The notes: generated by a model from the letters alone, not told the origin. A stretch of DNA of 64,000 bases from Promethearchaeota archaeon (GCA_048940925.1 JBHLOC010000003.1:32001-96000), one strand, 5' to 3'. Positions 38,031 through 48,944 are shown, numbered from the stretch's first letter. Translations and numbers: made by a program.

Positions 38031-39764
38031 ATGTACCACTTAGATGATACTGAATATTTAAACGAAAAATATTATCGTAAAACTGAAAGTGTATGTCCTG
38101 AATGTCTCGAGAAAATCGGTGCTGAAGTATATGAAGAAAATAATGAAATTTGGATGCGTAAAACATGTCCAGAGCATGGGGATTTCAAGGATAAGCTTAG
38201 TTCAAGTGCAAAATATTATAAATGGACTCATTGGGCAATAAAGGATGACCATGGAAAAGTAATTTGGCAATTTGATAAGGATGGGGAGGCTAATCCGCCT
38301 GATTGTGTCGGTGATGATCCAAGAGGGTGCCCTTATAATTGCGGATTATGTGAACAACACCTTTCAACCTGCTCATTAGCTTTAATTGACCTTACAAATC
38401 GATGTAATTTTAATTGCAATTTTTGCTATGCAAATGTGCAAAAAGCAGGATACCTTATAGAACCTACATTAGAAGAAATTGATAGAATCATGACGCATTT
38501 CAGATCTAAACCAATTCCTGCTGTTGCTATAATGTTTACTGGGGGAGAACCCACAGTTAGAAAAGATTTTCCGGAAATTTGTAAAATGGCAAAAGATAAG
38601 GGATTTAAGGAAGTTATTGTAGCTACCAATGGCTATGGATTCCAGAAAAAAAATGGTGGACTAGAGTTTACTAAAAAATGTAAGGAAATGGGTTTAGATA
38701 CACTATATTTCCAATTTGACGGTATAAATGATGCGACATATGAAAAGACTCGTGGTATTAGAAACCTTATGAAATATAAACAAAGAGTCATAGATAATTG
38801 TCGTAAAGTAGGATTTGGTTCTATTGTATTAGTAGCAACAATCGCTAAAGGTGTTACTGATATTGAAGTTGGTAATATTGTTCAATATGCTATTGATAAT
38901 GTAGATGTTATTCGAGGTATAACATTTCAACCTGTTTCCTTATGTGGTCGAATTGCGTTTGAAGAAAGACAAGATTTAAGGATTACTAATGCAGACGTTC
39001 TTAAAATAATAGAAGAACAGACAGCAGGGAAGATTGGTATGGAAAATGCTTGGTATCCTTTAACTACAATTGTAGAGTTTGGTAGAGCCATAGCATATCT
39101 AGCTGATGTCGAACCTATTGAATTTACCTGCCATCCGGACTGCGGTTTTGCTTCGTATATGATTATAAATCCCGATTCAGGCGAAATGATGCCAATAATG
39201 GAATATTTCGACCCACTGAAGGTTATCGATTTTGCGAACCGTTTTTGGGCAAAAATAAAGCATAAAGAGAAGAAACCAATTAAACTTTTTGAAGATCTAT
39301 TGGGTGATTTTGGCAAGACACTTGATAAAGGACTAAATTTTCTCGATAAGACGCAGCTCCGGGCTCGTTTCCTGCTTGGAATATTACAATATTCAAAGAA
39401 ACCTGGTAAGCTTATGGAAATGATTTCAAGAATTCTAATGCGAGGGGATTGGGAAAGCATAAGTTCCTTTAGTTACGGTGCTCTATTATTATCTAGCATG
39501 CATTTTCAGGATGCATATAATATGGACTTAGAAAGAGTAAAGAGATGTATTGTACACTTCGGTGTAGCAATGCCAGATGGTTCCGTAAAAGAGATCTCAT
39601 TCTGTACAATGAATACTCTTCATAGACCTGTAATTGAAAAACAAGTAGCCAAGAAATTAACTGAGAAAGTGAGAAACGAGTTTGACACCAGCACAGGTCA
39701 GCCTATGATAGCACGACCACAGCAAGTAGCACGTAATGGCGGAATCAAAAAGGAAGGTGATTAA
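38031..39764 (+). CDS. tes: Tetraether lipid synthase (Tes/GDGT-MAS, MJ0619 family radical SAM)
   Basis: SVCPEC...KTCPEHG; CPYNCGLCEQH; CNFNCNFC; FTCHPDCG; MHFQDAYNMDLERVKRC; FCTMN. Confidence 0.88.
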   Translation: MYHLDDTEYLNEKYYRKTESVCPECLEKIGAEVYEENNEIWMRKTCPEHGDFKDKLSSSAKYYKWTHWAIKDDHGKVIWQFDKDGEANPPDCVGDDPRGCPYNCGLCEQHLSTCSLALIDLTNRCNFNCNFCYANVQKAGYLIEPTLEEIDRIMTHFRSKPIPAVAIMFTGGEPTVRKDFPEICKMAKDKGFKEVIVATNGYGFQKKNGGLEFTKKCKEMGLDTLYFQFDGINDATYEKTRGIRNLMKYKQRVIDNCRKVGFGSIVLVATIAKGVTDIEVGNIVQYAIDNVDVIRGITFQPVSLCGRIAFEERQDLRITNADVLKIIEEQTAGKIGMENAWYPLTTIVEFGRAIAYLADVEPIEFTCHPDCGFASYMIINPDSGEMMPIMEYFDPLKVIDFANRFWAKIKHKEKKPIKLFEDLLGDFGKTLDKGLNFLDKTQLRARFLLGILQYSKKPGKLMEMISRILMRGDWESISSFSYGALLLSSMHFQDAYNMDLERVKRCIVHFGVAMPDGSVKEISFCTMNTLHRPVIEKQVAKKLTEKVRNEFDTSTGQPMIARPQQVARNGGIKKEGD

Positions 39765-39767
39765 TAA

Positions 39768-40055
39768 ATGCCCGAAGAAATCGTTGAAGATAGAGACGGT
39801 ATAAAGATTCGCAAGCTGGCGGAATTAAGAACCAACACTGCGAAGGAATACGAAGAGGCAATGCTTAGTCGTGTTGAGGAATTTAAAGACTTAAAAGGAG
39901 ATAAAAGCGGATTCAACAATTTTCTTCAAAACACAATATTCTCTAGCTTGGGATCCCTCTTAGACCTGAAAGTGAAAGCAGATAAAGCTTTGGGGGAAGA
40001 AAACTTAAAAAAAGTTCATAAGATTCTAGATAATATTCTTTTATTTGGACTTTAA
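39768..40055 (+). CDS. Small helical hypothetical protein coupled to tes
   Basis: ATG 3 bp after the tes stop; SD AGGTGA within the tes 3' end. Confidence 0.75.
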   Translation: MPEEIVEDRDGIKIRKLAELRTNTAKEYEEAMLSRVEEFKDLKGDKSGFNNFLQNTIFSSLGSLLDLKVKADKALGEENLKKVHKILDNILLFGL

Positions 40056-40213
40056 CTGTTCTGATTTTTTATATTTTACTTATTTTTTATTTTGTATCTT
40101 TTCTTTTGGGTGAGTAATATTTTCTTATAAAATTAAAATTATATATAGATGAAGCTCGAACTATCCTTTAAATAAAATTTCTTAACTTTCAGAAAATTTG
40201 AACTAGTATTAAG

Positions 40214-41500
40214 ATGAGTTACATGACTGAAAATAGCGAAATTAGAATAAAAGAACGTTCAAAATCTTATTTCAAATATTTAATCTTAGTTTTAATGCTG
40301 GTACAAATAATTGATTCATATGCTACTGTTTTTCCAGGAGCAATTCCCTCAGCTATAGCAGCTGAATTCTTAAGTGGAAAGCCTGTGAATGTGCAAAATT
40401 CGATAATGGCTCTTGCAAGTGGTATAGTTTCCATTGGTATGTATTTTCTTTTTTTTAGTCAATATTTATCAGACAAATTTGGTCGCAAGAAAATGCTGGC
40501 GGTTACAGTTCTCGGAATGGCGATAGCCTCGTTAGGTATGTTTTTATCAGTTAATTACATCATGTATATGGTTTTCATATTTTTCTTATCTTTTTTCTTC
40601 AGCAGTGATGTCTGGTTGATCTATATCAATGAAGAAGCTAAGCCAAATAAACGAGCAATGTATTCTAATATAATTTTAATGGCTGGCTTAATAGGACCGA
40701 TAATAATGGTGATTTCACGGTTTATATTCATAACTGAAACAGAACCATTTTGGAGAGGTATGACATTTTTACCTATGATAATCGGATTTCCATTATTTTT
40801 TATTATTCTTTTCTCATTGAAAGAAACCTCTAGATATCAAATGATGAAAGAGAGTGGGACAATAAAGTCAAGATCCTTTAAGGAAGACATAGTTTCTATT
40901 TTTCAAACAGAAAATCGAAAACCATATATTATGATATTACTGATAGTGTTCATACGAGGAATTTCTGGAACAGCTATAGGTTTATTTGAAAAATATATTA
41001 GAGACGTTGGAACACTGACTCAAGATCAAGTATCAGTTGTTTTCCTTTTAACAGTTTTTGCAGTGATAATAGCATATTCTATGAACGGTTTTCTTGCAGA
41101 TCGAATTGGGAGAAAGCCTTTACTTTACCTTTGGTCATTTCTAGCACCAACTTCAGTTCTAACATGGGTATTGGGAGCACATAATACGAAATATGCATTT
41201 TATCTTGTTTTGCTGGGATACTCTTTGACCCATATCTCAACATGGGGCGCAATAGGAATGATTAGACTTTTAACGTTAGAAATGCTTCCAACTGATAGGA
41301 GAGGAACTGGTGTTGGTTTTAGAAGTTTAATTGGATCGATTGGTGGCACTGTGGGATTACTTTTAAGTAGTATGGTAATTTTAATAGTCGGGTTAGGTAC
41401 TACTTTCATAATTTTCGTAATGGGAAATTTTATCGTTATACCTTTAGCATATTTTTTCCTTAAGGAAACTAAAGGAGTCGAACTTGCCGAAATAAAATAA
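40214..41500 (+). CDS. MFS transporter
   Basis: LSDKFGRK and LADRIGRK motif A, PTDRRG, ETKG; about 12 TM. Confidence 0.92.
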   Translation: MSYMTENSEIRIKERSKSYFKYLILVLMLVQIIDSYATVFPGAIPSAIAAEFLSGKPVNVQNSIMALASGIVSIGMYFLFFSQYLSDKFGRKKMLAVTVLGMAIASLGMFLSVNYIMYMVFIFFLSFFFSSDVWLIYINEEAKPNKRAMYSNIILMAGLIGPIIMVISRFIFITETEPFWRGMTFLPMIIGFPLFFIILFSLKETSRYQMMKESGTIKSRSFKEDIVSIFQTENRKPYIMILLIVFIRGISGTAIGLFEKYIRDVGTLTQDQVSVVFLLTVFAVIIAYSMNGFLADRIGRKPLLYLWSFLAPTSVLTWVLGAHNTKYAFYLVLLGYSLTHISTWGAIGMIRLLTLEMLPTDRRGTGVGFRSLIGSIGGTVGLLLSSMVILIVGLGTTFIIFVMGNFIVIPLAYFFLKETKGVELAEIK

Positions 41501-41634
41501 AAAAATAATTATTTTTTCTTTATTATTTTTCAAGACCTCTTTTTTTCGTTTCCTGTGTTTTTTTATCAATTCTTTTTATCATTTCCTACATTTCATAACT
41601 TATTTTTAAAATTAAAATTTAGATTAGTTATATT

Positions 41635-42720
41635 ATGGTTTATAACTGGTTTACAGTACCAATTACTATTTTTTATATAGGGAATGGGTTTGCTCACTTA
41701 TATTATGCTCTTAAATTAAAACGTATGTTTCCACAATATCATAATTTTTTAAATTCATTTATAATAGTGATTCTATGGATCATAGCTGGAGTTGTTTTTC
41801 CATTATTCTTTATTAGAGATACAACCCAAACCAGATGGTTTCACGGATTAGCGCTTCAAATTATATGTATTTATGCCCCATTATTAATTGTTTTTATTTT
41901 ATATTATCAATATCAAGTTGTATTAAAAAAAAATCCACAATTAAAGGATAATAGAACGATAAATAAGTTTGTAGAACAATTTACCCTGATGGACATAAAT
42001 AATCTCAATAATAGAAAAATTGCTTTAAAGACTGATTTTCATAGAAAATTATTTCATTTATTGCCTGCTGTGATTATTATTTTTTTATGGATTTTTGCTG
42101 TTTATATTTGGGATGGGTTATGGAATGCTGATAACTTTTGGGGGATTTCAGGAAAAGAATATGGTATTTTTTTGATATTAACAGTTGGTTATACAGGTGT
42201 AATCATATTTGCTGCTTTAGATTATATTAGATTGTCTTATATATTTGACAAAGGTAATATTTATCATTTACTCCCGAATTGTATTTCTAATACATTAGGT
42301 AAAACTTTAAAGAAAAATGAGATCTATGAATTTTCGAGACCTGTTGCCTTAGTCTTATCACTTGTTCCTACTTTATTCCTTCCTTTCGGAATATTTACTG
42401 CTACCGCACTTATAGCCACCCTAGGTGATGGTGCAGCGTCGATATTTGGACTCAAATTTGGGAGGATTCACATTCCAAAATCTTCAAATAAAACCTTAAT
42501 CGGATATCTTTCCGGATTTTTAGTATCTTTAGGTATCAGTATTTTAGTTTTATGGTTATTCGAACTTAAATCTTTTACAATTTCACAGATTGTTATTATT
42601 GGACTTGGTGGGGCATTAATGTTTTTTATTATTGATATTCTAAATCTTAAAATAGATGATAATATACTAAATCCAATTTTTTGTGGATATTTTATGGCAT
42701 TCTTAGCTTTACTCTTATAA
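41635..42720 (+). CDS. CTP-dependent polyprenol/diacylglycerol kinase (dolichol/phytol kinase family)
   Basis: RKLFH, LGDGAASIFGLKFG...NKTLIG, IDDNIL. Confidence 0.82.
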   Translation: MVYNWFTVPITIFYIGNGFAHLYYALKLKRMFPQYHNFLNSFIIVILWIIAGVVFPLFFIRDTTQTRWFHGLALQIICIYAPLLIVFILYYQYQVVLKKNPQLKDNRTINKFVEQFTLMDINNLNNRKIALKTDFHRKLFHLLPAVIIIFLWIFAVYIWDGLWNADNFWGISGKEYGIFLILTVGYTGVIIFAALDYIRLSYIFDKGNIYHLLPNCISNTLGKTLKKNEIYEFSRPVALVLSLVPTLFLPFGIFTATALIATLGDGAASIFGLKFGRIHIPKSSNKTLIGYLSGFLVSLGISILVLWLFELKSFTISQIVIIGLGGALMFFIIDILNLKIDDNILNPIFCGYFMAFLALLL

Positions 42721-42851
42721 TTATATAAATCTATAGAGGAGTTCTTACATTACTGGCTCTTTTTAAAAATAAAGCTTTATTAACTATTCCATTCTAAATA
42801 CATTATATAATTTTTAATTATTTAAATCAAACTTCTAATGGTGTAAATAAA

Positions 42852-43265
42852 TTGCCACGTGTTGAGAAAAAATTAGATATTTCAGCCCCTCAAGATTTAA
42901 TATTTAAAATTGTAGATGACGATGATAATTATGCTAAATGGAACATTGTTGTAAATGAAGTGACTAAACTCGGAGAAGGAAACTATTTCTTTAAAACGAA
43001 CGTAGGAGATGTCACTTCCACACGGATAGAAACTAATCCTCCTAAGAGCCTTTCAGCAGCTCAAGAGGGAAGTCCTATGACAAGTTTAGGGTATGTTTTA
43101 AAACCAAAGGGAGATGTTGTTGAAGCAACAATTTGGGCTGAATTTGATGATGCCAGTCAAGAACCCGTTCTCGGAATAGCTGGAGAGATGTTACTAAAAA
43201 GTCTTAAAAAATACGCTGAATTTCTAGAAACTGGTGGAAATCCAGAAGAATTTAATAAAAAATAA
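42852..43265 (+). CDS. SRPBCC/START-domain protein
   Basis: VEKKLDISAP..IF..V.D...YAKWN; C-terminal helix LKSLKKYAE. Confidence 0.8.
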   Translation: MPRVEKKLDISAPQDLIFKIVDDDDNYAKWNIVVNEVTKLGEGNYFFKTNVGDVTSTRIETNPPKSLSAAQEGSPMTSLGYVLKPKGDVVEATIWAEFDDASQEPVLGIAGEMLLKSLKKYAEFLETGGNPEEFNKK

Positions 43266-43306
43266 GTATAATTTTCTATTTTTTTTTTATATATTTTCAT
43301 TACAAA

Positions 43307-46219
43307 TTAAAAGAAGGCATCCATCTTTTTTATACCTCTAATTTCATCAAAAGTTATACCTAATGCATCTAAAACCTGTTCTAAAGCAGATTTTAGTAGT
43401 TCTTTATATTTTCTGGTATCGATATCTTGAAGTTTAGCTAATTCAATTGCTTTAGCTCCAATTGGTCCCTTACTCTTTATAAAACTAATTGTTTCACCTT
43501 TTTGATATTCTTTTCCTGTTGCATCTTTCAATTCTATTGCAGCTCTAACATGTTGCGGAATAACTTTAGTGTAATTCTTCATATTCTTTTGTAAAGCTAT
43601 ATTTATAGCATAATCTTCAATGCTAAATGTATCTGGTTTGCCAATTTTCTTTAAACTTTCTCTCACAATTCCTATAATCTGATCCTTAGCTTTTAAAAAA
43701 TCCTCATTATTTTTAATATGTTTCAATATTTCAATCATTTCACTAAAAACTTGTTTGATAAATTCGGGTGTGTTTTTCTTTTTGGCTACCAAGCCTTTAA
43801 TATCTGTATATTGAGTATCTTTATAGATTCCAACATAATTCTTTTTTCTATCAGAAAGTGCTAAAAATTGGTATGTTTTTTCTTCTTCTAAATCAAGATC
43901 TAACTCTTCTTTACTCCAATTAGATATTTCTTTCATTTGTTCTTTATTAGGATGTAAAAGAAAAACAGAATCTGTATCACCGTATAAAACCTTTATTCCT
44001 AGAGTTTCTGCTTTGTTAATTGTTTGTTTTATTGAATATTGACCTATTCCAGTAGTACTTTCTGCAACTGGTAAACAAAATAAGGGAAAATTTTGAGATC
44101 CAAAAACTCCATAACTACCATTAATAAAAACCTTAAGAGCTTGTTGAATTGTCAGATAATAACTACGTTGTTTGTCTGTTAAAACATTATCACTTGATTT
44201 TGGTTTAAAATATTTCACTCTGATATCCCGGAAAAATCCAACTACATAAGCAAAAATTCCCATCTTATGTGTACATATATGATAGGGTGTTCCTTTTACT
44301 AGATTATCTTCATCATCCTTGTGAGGACATAGGACTGTCTCGTAGGAAAGATTATACTCTTTTATGATAGAGGGATATAGGCTTGCAAAATCCATCACTA
44401 CTACATTAAAATGGATACCTGGAATAGGCGGTACAACATATGCGCCCAAAAATTTTTCTTCATCAAATTTAGAAGAAAGAATCCCTCCTGGTTTCTCTTC
44501 TTTAATTTCTGATCGCCTGGGAATAAGAGCTTCTTTTCTACGATGCTCAAAATAAAAAATATTCTGGATCCAGGTTGAAATTTGTCTTCTTACCATATCG
44601 TGGATTGGCATTTTTGTAATTCTGCATAATAAGATTATTAAATTCCAGACTAGGGAATTATTAAATTTTGTTAACTTTAATGTTAAAATTGAATCTTTCA
44701 AATTATACCAAGAAAGGATATCATATTCCATTTCATGAATTATTTCATCGTGTTGAAATTTTTCTTCACCTAATAATGCAGCACTGATGTCATTTAAGGA
44801 TGCACTCTCATAAGCACCTCCGAATGCATATCCAGAGATACTACGGTTAAAAAATAGATTGAATAAATCAATGTGTATTCCTCTTCTTAAATCACATTCA
44901 GCTTTTGATAAAATTCCAAAACCACGCTTTACATGAATAGGATTTAAGTCTCTTTTAATTTTTAATTTCTCTGCTCTGTGAAATAAATAATTTAAATCAA
45001 AATTATCACCATTGAATGTAATAATTATAGGGTATTCCCAAATAAGCCGAAATGTTTCTTTTAATAAATTCTTCTCAGATTTAAATAAAATAACCTCAGC
45101 ATCTGAGGGAAATTTTTCATGCAACCTTTCAAAAGAATATCCTTCTCTTTTAAGCATATAAACAAGTTTCAACCCATCTGAAGCTACAAATGATATACTA
45201 ATTACTTCTTGGTTAGCTAACCGAGGATCTGGAATCTTATAATCTCTTTCACCAACCATAACTTCAATATCCATTGCCAACCTTTTGACATCAGGAATAG
45301 GCGTAATAAATATATCTAAAAATTTCTCAGAAAATTCTTGTATTTCTGGAGTTTCATCTTTAAATAAAATCCGAAGCTCATCAGCCATTTTTTTAGAATT
45401 TTCATCAATCTTTTCAAAATTTACTTTAATTAGCTCTCCATTTTTAATAGTGTAAATTAATCCTGGGATTAATTGTCTATCAAAGATATAATTCAAATGA
45501 TATCGAATATCTGCTTCCCACGCTTTTTTATCATTTTCAGCTAAGATATTACGAATATTAGTACCGGATCCTCCAATATTTGTAGGTGTCTTACCATAAA
45601 TTTTAGTTATTTCAATCTCTTTATCTCGTAGTAAGTCAAACCGAGTAATTTTTTCAAACCGATTAAATCCTTCATACTCAGTCAATTTTTTTATTTTTTT
45701 TAATTCTATTATCGACTCTTTACTTAGACAATAAGGTTCATGATTAGTTGTATCAATCCAAACCTTTATATCATCAGTATCTAAGTCATAAAATTTACAA
45801 AATGCTTTATTTTGTCCACCATCATAGTCTACATCTAGTAGTAATCCTCGCTCCAAATTTTCAATTATTTCTCCCTTTTCAATTAAATAACGGATATATT
45901 TTGAAGTCACTCCTTCTCTGAGTACTCTCTCTAATTTTATATTTCCTTCTTTTAAGCCAAAAGGTTCATCTTTTTCTATATATAAAGAGACTTGAGGGTT
46001 TTCTGATTTTTCTGCTAACGGTACTTTTGTTATTTTCTTTCTCTCACTAACTTTTGATTCCTCTACAGGCTGTTCTTCTTTTAATGCCTTAATTCCTTTT
46101 TCTTCAATTTTTTCTTCGTGCTCTTCTTTTTCCTTTTTTTCTTCATTCGCAAAAGAAAATAGTGACGTTTGGGTTTTATCGTCAATTCGCTTCTTTTTAC
46201 CTTTTTTTGGACTTGGCAA
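43307..46219 (-). CDS. polB1: Family B DNA polymerase, PolB1 type
   Basis: AMDIEV, FNGDNFD, DFASLYPSII, KVFINGSYG, YGDTDS, KKNY. Confidence 0.93.
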   Translation of the reverse strand: MPSPKKGKKKRIDDKTQTSLFSFANEEKKEKEEHEEKIEEKGIKALKEEQPVEESKVSERKKITKVPLAEKSENPQVSLYIEKDEPFGLKEGNIKLERVLREGVTSKYIRYLIEKGEIIENLERGLLLDVDYDGGQNKAFCKFYDLDTDDIKVWIDTTNHEPYCLSKESIIELKKIKKLTEYEGFNRFEKITRFDLLRDKEIEITKIYGKTPTNIGGSGTNIRNILAENDKKAWEADIRYHLNYIFDRQLIPGLIYTIKNGELIKVNFEKIDENSKKMADELRILFKDETPEIQEFSEKFLDIFITPIPDVKRLAMDIEVMVGERDYKIPDPRLANQEVISISFVASDGLKLVYMLKREGYSFERLHEKFPSDAEVILFKSEKNLLKETFRLIWEYPIIITFNGDNFDLNYLFHRAEKLKIKRDLNPIHVKRGFGILSKAECDLRRGIHIDLFNLFFNRSISGYAFGGAYESASLNDISAALLGEEKFQHDEIIHEMEYDILSWYNLKDSILTLKLTKFNNSLVWNLIILLCRITKMPIHDMVRRQISTWIQNIFYFEHRRKEALIPRRSEIKEEKPGGILSSKFDEEKFLGAYVVPPIPGIHFNVVVMDFASLYPSIIKEYNLSYETVLCPHKDDEDNLVKGTPYHICTHKMGIFAYVVGFFRDIRVKYFKPKSSDNVLTDKQRSYYLTIQQALKVFINGSYGVFGSQNFPLFCLPVAESTTGIGQYSIKQTINKAETLGIKVLYGDTDSVFLLHPNKEQMKEISNWSKEELDLDLEEEKTYQFLALSDRKKNYVGIYKDTQYTDIKGLVAKKKNTPEFIKQVFSEMIEILKHIKNNEDFLKAKDQIIGIVRESLKKIGKPDTFSIEDYAINIALQKNMKNYTKVIPQHVRAAIELKDATGKEYQKGETISFIKSKGPIGAKAIELAKLQDIDTRKYKELLKSALEQVLDALGITFDEIRGIKKMDAFF

Positions 46220-46343
46220 TTTTACAAACCATATAAGAATTGTAATTTTAATGTATAATACTAGATAATATTATAATATTTATTATAATACTCACTATTC
46301 CTTCTTTAATATTGAATTTACAGAACAATTTAAATTGCTTTAA

Positions 46344-47618
46344 TTAACTAATTTTCTCTTTCTTGAATCTACGTTTCAATCGGAGTGTTTCAAAAACTAA
46401 TGGGAAAGCTAGGGTTGGAAGGAAAAAATTTAGTTTCCTCTTCGAACCTGTCATTATTTTTCCCCATTTAACCATGAATTTATCTCCTTTTTTTTGACTG
46501 AGGGAAGCAAAAGCATCAAAAAATATTGGATGCTTTGCACAGAAGCGGGCCATTCGAATGGACCATTTAAAGTCTTTACCAAAACTTTTCATCCACTTTC
46601 TTTGATATTGTTTTAAAAATTTTTTTGTAAAGTCATTTTTCTTAAACGCAGCTACAATTATATCAGCAGCGATTTCAGCAGCATCCATGGCATATTGTAA
46701 TCCCTCACCAGTCAGAGGATCTATCATCCCTGCTGCATCCCCGACTAAGAGTAAGTTATTATCATAGCTTTGTGATGTTCCACCAAAACGTATGGGTGCA
46801 GCTTTCATCTCTTCAAGTTCAGCATTAGGACCTAAAGCTTTACTTATGAAAGGGTCATTCTCAATTAAATCATGATGTATTTTATATAAATTTTCGGTAC
46901 GCGTTTTCCCAAAGGGAAGAATATAACAACATAAAACTAGATCATCATCGGCTTCTCTTAAAAGGGCACAATAACCAGGAACAAGATTCATTGGAATAAC
47001 ACATATTCCATCTTGGTCAAACTTATAGGTTCCTGCTTTCACATAAGATCGACTACATACTGCTTGTGGTGATCCTTTTACAATTCCTAGAGATTGAGCA
47101 ATGTGAGAAGAAGCACCATCTGCGAGAACTAGGATTTTAGCATAATAAAGTTGCTTTTCTCCTTTCTTAGGATGGATAATCCAATAGTCCATATTTTCAT
47201 CGAAAGATACCCCCTTTACTGAATAATTCTCTATTAAGATTGATCCAGCCTCAACTGCTGTTTTACAAAGTAGTTCATCTATAATTTTTCTTTTGACTGC
47301 AATTACTAAATGTGATTTAGTTTGTGCATATGAATCTCCAGTATACACAATTCTTCTAGGGCTAACTAGTCCTCCTTGTGCCGTCCATCGCCCTTTGTTC
47401 TCTTCAATTAATTTTTGTAAAATTCCCATCCTCTCGAGATGAATTTGAGCCCGTTGAGTAAACGCATCACCACATATTTTATCTCTAGGAAATTCTTTTT
47501 TTTCAAGTATTAATGGGATTATCCCCTTTTGGGTTAAATAAAATGCACAAGTTGATCCTGCTGGTCCAGCACCAACTATACATACATCATAGATCCTATT
47601 TTCTGGCATTGTTAGCAC
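46344..47618 (-). CDS. Geranylgeranyl-reductase-family FAD oxidoreductase
   Basis: VGAGPAG, FPRDKICGD, ADGASS, VGDAAGMIDPLTGEG. Confidence 0.88.
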   Translation of the reverse strand: MLTMPENRIYDVCIVGAGPAGSTCAFYLTQKGIIPLILEKKEFPRDKICGDAFTQRAQIHLERMGILQKLIEENKGRWTAQGGLVSPRRIVYTGDSYAQTKSHLVIAVKRKIIDELLCKTAVEAGSILIENYSVKGVSFDENMDYWIIHPKKGEKQLYYAKILVLADGASSHIAQSLGIVKGSPQAVCSRSYVKAGTYKFDQDGICVIPMNLVPGYCALLREADDDLVLCCYILPFGKTRTENLYKIHHDLIENDPFISKALGPNAELEEMKAAPIRFGGTSQSYDNNLLLVGDAAGMIDPLTGEGLQYAMDAAEIAADIIVAAFKKNDFTKKFLKQYQRKWMKSFGKDFKWSIRMARFCAKHPIFFDAFASLSQKKGDKFMVKWGKIMTGSKRKLNFFLPTLAFPLVFETLRLKRRFKKEKIS

Positions 47619-47860
47619 TACTTCAAAAATATTTCACTTATGCTTTAAGGTTTTAGGTCTTACTTTGAAGTAAAGATTCCTTTCCTTCACGTTTGAATGT
47701 TTGAATATCAATGTTGGAATATCAATCCTCAAATTATGATTTATTACCGATTCCAAAGTAGCTAAAAAGATTATCATATATATCATCTAATTAAGGAGAC
47801 CCTAATATCAAATTAAATAATTTCTAATTGGAGAGATAAAAATTCTATAAAAAATTGATA

Positions 47861-48205
47861 TTATCTGTTATTATTTATTAACTTTTTTATTTCTTCTAAA
47901 AGTAGGTGTTTCTCTGCTATATACCAATCAAGTTGACTCTTTGAAGGATTTTCATAATAAATAATCTCAGCAACCTCTTTAATCTCTTCCTCGGGAGGGG
48001 TGATTATTTCACCATTCACATCTTCTCTTATTAATAACACTAAATTATCAGTTTCTAAAGGTTTAATATCATAACCATTCTTCACATTTTTATTAATGGT
48101 AACGCATAATTCTGCCAATCTCCAAATTGACTTTTCCATACTCTCATTTGCTTTGTAAATCTTAAATGCTAGGGATGTTACTTCTTCTTTTGAGAATGGA
48201 GACAT
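47861..48205 (-). CDS. Hypothetical protein with two DUF2934-like helical repeats
   Basis: EEVTSLAFKIY...IWRLAE and EEIKEVAEIIY...DWYIAE; SD GAGGTGA. Confidence 0.6.
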   Translation of the reverse strand: MSPFSKEEVTSLAFKIYKANESMEKSIWRLAELCVTINKNVKNGYDIKPLETDNLVLLIREDVNGEIITPPEEEIKEVAEIIYYENPSKSQLDWYIAEKHLLLEEIKKLINNNR

Positions 48206-48494
48206 TTCTTTTCAACTCACCTCATAATGTGTTATTCCTAAGTAAGACAAGTGAATTTTTAATTAATAATAAGATAATTGATTAACAAAAAGATAAGTTA
48301 ACATTTAATTATTTGTATCGACTTTCATAGGTGTTAAAACTACAAAATTAAAAATTTAGGATGTTGTCAGTGACTTTTTATATAAAAGAAATCCAAGTTT
48401 TTTTAAATGATATAGAAAAATTGTTCAGCTTATTTTAGACATTTAAAAAAAGATGAAAACCTGAGTTAAAAAAAGTATTTAGAAAAATTTATGA

Positions 48495-48791
48495 GTTCAA
48501 AACATCTCGTATAATAATGATATTAGTAAGAAAAGGATTTTAAATATTATAAAGAGTCATAAAAGTGTTAATCTCAATAGACTTTCATACTTAATTGATA
48601 ATAATAGAACAAAAGAAATTATAGTGCCTTATTTAAAAACATTAATCAAAATGGTTCACTATATAAGAGAACATCGAGATGATAAGTTTATTGCAAATCA
48701 TATAAATAAGAATTTAAATTTAACATTTAATCAAGTTAAAATTCGCTCTATCATTGATGATTTAAATGATTATTTTCCAGATTTCTCTTAG
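48495..48791 (+). pseudogene. Start-less 98-codon open frame, probable gene remnant upstream of tRNA-Thr
   Basis: VQNISYNNDISKKRILNIIKSHK...IRSIIDDLNDYFPDFS* is stop-free in very AT-rich DNA; upstream frames are broken. Confidence 0.4.
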
Positions 48792-48872
48792 TATCAAAAA
48801 ATTATAAAAACAAAGTAGCAGAACAAAATAAAAATATTATTATTGTTTAAAATATAATAAAGAATAAATAAA

Positions 48873-48944
48873 GCCCTTGTAACTCAGCGGTAGAGTGATT
48901 GACTTGTAATCAATTAGTCGGGGGTTCAAGTCCCCCCAAGGGCT
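48873..48944 (+). tRNA. tRNA-Thr(UGU), intronless, no encoded CCA
   Basis: GCCCTTG/CAAGGGC acceptor; ACTC/GAGT D-stem; ATTGA-CTTGTAA-TCAAT; GGGGG-TTCAAGT-CCCCC; T73. Confidence 0.96.

Noticed and set aside
46344-47618. Calling the reductase the archaeal DGGGPL reductase
   Set aside because: The YxWxFP motif is replaced by YCALLR, so the substrate is uncertain
47634-47786. 50-codon minus-strand ORF upstream of the GGR-family gene, with a short TTGATATTC(C/A)AACA repeat
   Set aside because: No SD and no recognisable protein features; the repeat has only about 2 copies
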